NCBI GenBank assembly: GCA_036338595.1
Contig: JAYZBV010000081.1
Coordinates: forward strand, 1-30,890
DNA: 30,890 nucleotides
Reading direction: 5' to 3'
Source: Planctomycetota bacterium
GTDB taxonomy: Bacteria > Planctomycetota > UBA8108 > UBA1146
Numbering within the stretch: position 1 is the first letter of the stretch; each line of letters begins with the position of its first letter. Shown here piece after piece: positions 26,255 through 30,890 of the stretch. The position numbers were made by a program, and so were the translations under genes. The notes below the pieces were generated by a model that did no database searches, had not been told where the DNA came from, and saw only the letters and a program-made list of their open reading frames with translations.

Positions 26255-27426
26255 GTGGGCCGATGCTACGACTGGCGCTTCGATCGCTCTCCCATCACAA
26301 GGTCCGTACGGTGGTGCTGGCATTGTGCATTGCACTGGTAGGAGTTCTGCCTACCGCCGTCGACGGGCTGCTGGAACTGTACAGGACTCGACTTGCAGCA
26401 CGCGCAGCATCCACTCCGTTGGTAGTGGGTGCTCCTGGTAGCCGTTCCGATCTGCTGATTCACGCACTGTACTTCCGTGGCGATGTGGAGCGAATGATAC
26501 CGAGAAGTGTTGCCATCGAAGCGGGGGAATCCGGGTTCGGTGTGCCTGTTCCGATCCACCTGAAAGGAACCGTAAACGGAAATCCGCTGGTCGGAACGAC
26601 TCCAGATTACGAGGCATTCCGCTCGATCAAGATGAATCGTGGTCACTGGCCACGAAAGCTAGCCGAGGCTGCATTTGGCAGCAAGGTTGCTCAGGAGCTG
26701 GGAATCGAAGTGGGAGGATCCATCGCCACGGATGTGCACAAGTTGCACGACCTGGCAGGTTCGTATCCGCTGCTGCTCAAGGTGACCGGTGTGCTATCGA
26801 GGACAGGTACTCCAGATGATGACGCTGTTTTCGTCAGTTTGCAGACTTCCTGGGTGGTGTCGGGGGAAATTCATGGCCACCTGCGCATCGATCCCGAGAA
26901 AGACTTCAATCTGGTGCTCGAGAATCAGAGCAACCACGTCACCGCCAATGCTGCAGTGGTGGAAGCGGTAGAGGTGACTCCAGAAAACGAGGACAGTTTT
27001 CATCCTCATGGCGACCCGGATGCGCTACCGGTCACTGCCATCCTCATAGATGCCAACGATGACAAGGGATCCACCATCTTGAGATCTCGTTTCAGACGGG
27101 ATGAATCGCTGCAACCGATCGACTCCATGGTGGAGTTGCAGGAGTTGCTTGCGGTAGTGATGCGCGCCAAAGCGATCCTGGATGCCAATTCGATGCTTGT
27201 CATCGTGGCCACAGCGCTGTTGTTGGGGTTGATCGTCACCCTGGATGTGAAGGTTCGAGAGCGAGAAGTCCAGACACTGGAGCGGATCGGTGCTCCTCGC
27301 GGGTTTGTTGCTCGACTGCTATTCACCGAGATTGCCATCGTTGTCTGTTGTGGCGGCATGCTTTCCTTTTTTCTGGCGCGCGCTGCGATCTGGTTCGTGG
27401 CCGATGGCCCATTGCTTCTTCCCTGA
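26251..27426 (+). CDS. ABC transporter permease, MacB/FtsX-like, with a His-containing extracytoplasmic domain
   Basis: N-terminal TM, large periplasmic domain (PLVVGAPGS, LVGTT..Y, VTGVLSRTGTPDDDAVFV), FtsX-like RERE..LERIGA..LLFTE. Confidence 0.85.
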   Translation: MSGPMLRLALRSLSHHKVRTVVLALCIALVGVLPTAVDGLLELYRTRLAARAASTPLVVGAPGSRSDLLIHALYFRGDVERMIPRSVAIEAGESGFGVPVPIHLKGTVNGNPLVGTTPDYEAFRSIKMNRGHWPRKLAEAAFGSKVAQELGIEVGGSIATDVHKLHDLAGSYPLLLKVTGVLSRTGTPDDDAVFVSLQTSWVVSGEIHGHLRIDPEKDFNLVLENQSNHVTANAAVVEAVEVTPENEDSFHPHGDPDALPVTAILIDANDDKGSTILRSRFRRDESLQPIDSMVELQELLAVVMRAKAILDANSMLVIVATALLLGLIVTLDVKVREREVQTLERIGAPRGFVARLLFTEIAIVVCCGGMLSFFLARAAIWFVADGPLLLP

Positions 27427-27440
27427 CAAAGGACTTTCGG

Positions 27441-28403
27441 ATGTCATCCCGACCATCGTGGCTAATCCTCATTCTTCTGCTATCGCTGACAGGCTGTGAC
27501 GGGGCATCGTCGAATGGCGGCAAACTGCCCCAGTCCGTCAACGAAAAGACACATCCATTGGTGGTCGTGTCGATCTCTCCTCTGGCCTGGGTTGTTTCGG
27601 AACTTGCTGGTGATGCTGTCGAGTTGATCGCATTGATGCCCGAGGGGGCCGACCCCGGGCTGTGGTCACCGGATTCGATGAAGATAGATCAACTGATGGC
27701 AGCGGATCTGATCATCCTGAATGGAGCCAGTCTCGAAGCCTGGTCACAGCGGTTGTCGTTACCGATTGTCCGGACGATCGAAGTTGCTCGATCAAGTCGA
27801 GATCAATGGCTCAGGTATTCCGATGTGGTCACACATAGCCATGGGCCAGAAGGTGGAACCTCCTACGAAGGTGTCGCAGGTCATACCTGGCTGGATCCGC
27901 AACTTCTCCAGCATCAAGCAATGGTGATTCGCGATCGTCTGATTCAATTGATGCCCGACCAGAGAGGCAATATCGAATCGCGTTGGACGGGGCTGGCGGC
28001 GAGACTCACATCCCTGGGCGAGAAGATGGCGCAACTTTCCGCATCTCATCCGGACCTGGTACTGATCGGAAGCGGTCCTTTCTGGATCTACCCGGTACAC
28101 CGGATGAACTGGACCCTCCACAGATTGGATCTCGACCCTCAAGGTGAGTGGAACGAGGCACTTTCAACGGATCTGACCCGGCTTCAAGAAAACTCCAACG
28201 CGGCTTCGGCGAAGGTCCTGTTCTGGAACCAGCCACCCGCTGCTGGATTGCGTGAAGGAATCGAGAATCACTCGGGGCTGGTCAGTGTCGTCTGGCCGAC
28301 AGATGTTTCACTGGGTGAGAATTACCCGCGCTACCTTGATCTTCAGCTGGAAGCGCTGGATCGACTCCAAAGTGCTCTTTCTGACGCTGCTGGCCCTCCT
28401 TGA
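27441..28403 (+). CDS. ZnuA/TroA-like (cluster A-I) metal-binding lipoprotein, divergent
   Basis: Lipobox LTGC; VVVSISPL..V.ELAGD, ADLIILNGASLEAW, THSHGPEG loop, HTWLDP. Confidence 0.8.
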   Translation: MSSRPSWLILILLLSLTGCDGASSNGGKLPQSVNEKTHPLVVVSISPLAWVVSELAGDAVELIALMPEGADPGLWSPDSMKIDQLMAADLIILNGASLEAWSQRLSLPIVRTIEVARSSRDQWLRYSDVVTHSHGPEGGTSYEGVAGHTWLDPQLLQHQAMVIRDRLIQLMPDQRGNIESRWTGLAARLTSLGEKMAQLSASHPDLVLIGSGPFWIYPVHRMNWTLHRLDLDPQGEWNEALSTDLTRLQENSNAASAKVLFWNQPPAAGLREGIENHSGLVSVVWPTDVSLGENYPRYLDLQLEALDRLQSALSDAAGPP

Positions 28404-28478
28404 CCTGACCGTCGAGACATATGACGATCTCCAGCTGTGGTGCTATTCCCACTTGCCGTGACAACAGGAGGTGATTCG

Positions 28479-30497
28479 ATGTCGAGACCGACCCCATCGC
28501 GCGTTCAGTGGCTGCTGGGCTGCTGCTTTCTGCTCTTCTCGCCGCTACTTTTTGCCATCGATGTTCCCGCAGTGTTCAGTGATCACGCAGTATTTCAGCG
28601 AGATCTGGCTCTACCGGTATGGGGTACCGGTGACCCTGGAAGCGAAGTCACGGTCAGTTTCGCAGGGCAACAGAAAGCAACCAGCGTGTCGGATGATGGT
28701 CGATGGTCGGTAACTCTCGATGCGATGCCAGCCAGCGCAGATGGCCGGACGATGACCATCATCGGATCCGATGGAACCATCGAAGTGAAGGACATCCTGG
28801 TCGGTGAAGTGTGGATCTGTGGTGGACAATCAAACATGGAATGGCAAGTGCGTTCCTCGATGAACTCCGAAGAGGAGATCGCAGCGGGGGATCTTCCGTG
28901 GTTGCGCAGGATCAAGGCTCCTCATCTCCTGGCCCGGACACCTCAAGCAGACATAGACGCTGCCTGGGAAGTTTCGACGACAAAAACTGCCGGTAATTTC
29001 ACCGCCGTCGGCACATTCATGGCTCGACGGCTTCATGAAGAACTCGGTGTTCCCATAGGGCTGCTCGATATCAACTGGGGAGGCACCAGAGCTGAACCAT
29101 GGACGGCTACAGTTTCCATGAAGAGACACCCTCGTTTTCGTGAGCGAGTTGTGAAGTTGGAACGGGAAACTGCTCGCTGGGGCGATCGTTCTGCAGATGA
29201 GATCAATCAACTCTATCGCAAGCAGATGGAGCAGTTCGAGCAGCAGACCGATGCATGGTGGGAAAAGAAACTCGCCGGAGATCCTGGTGTCGCAGGATCC
29301 TGGGCTGCTCCCGCCTTTGTCGATGAGGACTGGGAAGAGATGCCAGTTCCTGGACTGTGGTCGGGAGATAACGAGGGCTGGGACGGCTTCGTCTGGTATC
29401 GCACCACCATCGATGTACCCGATGCATGGAAGGGAAAGGACCTGTTACTCCAGCCGGGAGCCATCGACGATGCCGACATCACCTACTGGAATGGTAAGGA
29501 GATCGGCCGCACCACCAATCAGCACGCGGCGATGAGGAAGTACATCATTTCTGGTGACCTGATTCAATCGGGTCAGGCGACCATCGCCATCGCGGCACTC
29601 GATACAGGCGGAGCCGGCGGAATCACAGGAGCATCTTCTGCGATCAAGATCCGTCCTGTCAGTGCCAAGGAAGACGAGGCGATTCCACTGGCCGGTTCGT
29701 GGAAGATCAACCGCGGTAACCAATTTTCTGGGGATCGTGGTCCCTACCCTCCCGCAGCGCCACAGGCTCCAGGACGCAAGACGGGTGATCCTGGTGTGAT
29801 GTTCAATGCGATGCTCTCGCCGTTTGCGAGCTTCGGTATTCGCGGCGCAATCTGGTACCAGGGTGAATCGAATGCGGGACAGGCTGCAGAGTACGCAGAG
29901 TTGTTGCCACTGATGATCGGCTCGTGGCGGGAAGCGTGGGGACAGGGAGATTTCCCCTTCGGGATCGTTCAACTGGCAGCGTTCAAGGGGGTCAGTGACA
30001 ACCCCGTCCAGGGAGGCTGGGCAACGCTTCGAGAAGCTCAGGATTTCACTCACCGTGTTGTCAAAAACACAGGGTTGGCCGTCCTCACAGATATAGGTGA
30101 TTCGCACGACATCCATCCGCGCAACAAGCAGGATGTTGGGAAGCGCCTCGCTGAGTGGGCACTCAATCGATGCCACGGCCGGTCAGATTTGCCGGAGTCG
30201 GGTCCCTTCTACCGTAGTTACGAGGTAGATGGAGATTCCATCGTTGTGTCCTTCGATCATATCGGGGATGGCCTGGTAGGCCGTCGAGGAATGAAGATCG
30301 ATGGATTTGCCATACAGGGCGCTGATGGAGAGTGGCACTGGGGCGAGGTCGAAGTGATGGACGCCGGGCAATTACGCATCAGTCATGCAGAAGCGAAATC
30401 TCCAACTGCGGTTCGGTACGCCTGGCAGGACAACCCGGTGAGGGCAAACATGGTCTCGAGTCATGGATTGCCAGCCGCACCCTTCAAGACCGATTGA
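28479..30497 (+). CDS. Secreted sialate O-acetylesterase-family (SASA/SGNH) esterase with an inserted galactose-binding-like domain
   Basis: VFSDHAVFQR, GEVWICGGQSNM, WGGTRAEPW, IRGAIWYQGESN, DIHPRNKQDVG.RLA, AVRYAW, LPAAPFKTD; RBS AGGAGGT before ATG 28479. Confidence 0.92.
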   Translation: MSRPTPSRVQWLLGCCFLLFSPLLFAIDVPAVFSDHAVFQRDLALPVWGTGDPGSEVTVSFAGQQKATSVSDDGRWSVTLDAMPASADGRTMTIIGSDGTIEVKDILVGEVWICGGQSNMEWQVRSSMNSEEEIAAGDLPWLRRIKAPHLLARTPQADIDAAWEVSTTKTAGNFTAVGTFMARRLHEELGVPIGLLDINWGGTRAEPWTATVSMKRHPRFRERVVKLERETARWGDRSADEINQLYRKQMEQFEQQTDAWWEKKLAGDPGVAGSWAAPAFVDEDWEEMPVPGLWSGDNEGWDGFVWYRTTIDVPDAWKGKDLLLQPGAIDDADITYWNGKEIGRTTNQHAAMRKYIISGDLIQSGQATIAIAALDTGGAGGITGASSAIKIRPVSAKEDEAIPLAGSWKINRGNQFSGDRGPYPPAAPQAPGRKTGDPGVMFNAMLSPFASFGIRGAIWYQGESNAGQAAEYAELLPLMIGSWREAWGQGDFPFGIVQLAAFKGVSDNPVQGGWATLREAQDFTHRVVKNTGLAVLTDIGDSHDIHPRNKQDVGKRLAEWALNRCHGRSDLPESGPFYRSYEVDGDSIVVSFDHIGDGLVGRRGMKIDGFAIQGADGEWHWGEVEVMDAGQLRISHAEAKSPTAVRYAWQDNPVRANMVSSHGLPAAPFKTD

Positions 30498-30508
30498 AGG
30501 GCGCTGAG

Positions 30509-30889
30509 TCAGGGGCCGCCGATCGCCAGCAGCAGATCGAACTGAGCCTGGTTGTGAGAGAGGATCGAATTGAGCCAGCCGGTTCGAGCTTCGCTCAGAT
30601 CTGCTTCTCTACCGAGCAGTTCATCGAGGAGGGCTGCGCCAGCCTGGTAGCGAAGTCGAACCAGAATTAACGTTTCCTCGCTGGCTTCCAGCTGGCGGTT
30701 GGCAGAGGCCATCGAAGCACGTGAAGCGGTGAGTCGCGCGAGGCTCTCACGGATCTGTGCAGAGATCCTCAATTCCAGTTTTTTCATCGCCAGCTGGGTT
30801 TCTTCGAAGATGGCGGTGGCTCTTCGATGAGAAGCCGCCGAATCGAGTCCGAATTGCCAGCCGATGCCCACCTCGGCGGTCTCCTGGTC
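30509..30889 (-). CDS. TolC-family outer membrane efflux protein, C-terminal part (runs off the window)
   Basis: Helical OEP pattern ..RLRYQAGAALLDELL..EADLSEAR..LLLAIG; frame is open to the window edge. Confidence 0.75.
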   Translation of the reverse strand, partial: DQETAEVGIGWQFGLDSAASHRRATAIFEETQLAMKKLELRISAQIRESLARLTASRASMASANRQLEASEETLILVRLRYQAGAALLDELLGREADLSEARTGWLNSILSHNQAQFDLLLAIGGP

Positions 30890-30890
30890 A

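Noticed and set aside
1..30890. CRISPR arrays, tRNA/rRNA (including tRNA-Sec), IS elements, prophage or defence genes
   Set aside because: No spaced direct repeats, cloverleaf or T-loop signatures, or transposase/integrase motifs seen by eye; intergenic gaps are short. A covariance-model search would be needed to exclude small RNAs.

Overview
Gene-dense, GC-rich (by eye about 55-60%) bacterial chromosome segment with about 24 CDSs. I found no rRNA, tRNA, CRISPR array or mobile element. Gene content and the C-terminal dockerin-like modules suggest a Planctomycetota-like organism (inference). It holds housekeeping genes (glnS, nth), many exported hydrolases (GH95 fucosidase, sialate O-acetylesterase, M1 and M28 peptidases) and a cNMP-binding protein/class II phosphodiesterase pair. 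Three things stand out. (1) An exported thioredoxin-fold redoxin whose ORF-track stop (TGA 7062-7064) sits where the family has a C-terminal Cys (YG-C-xVK) and is followed by a SECIS-like hairpin, so it is probably a selenoprotein; a stand-alone DsbD-N protein lies just upstream. (2) Three non-enzymatic proteins ending in a Cys-decorated dockerin-like module, two of which also carry cohesin-like domains. (3) A four-gene His-rich unit joining a MacB/LolCDE-type ABC transporter to a divergent ZnuA-like lipoprotein and an unknown HWGHGH membrane protein. All family calls come from motif recognition by eye; no database searches were run.
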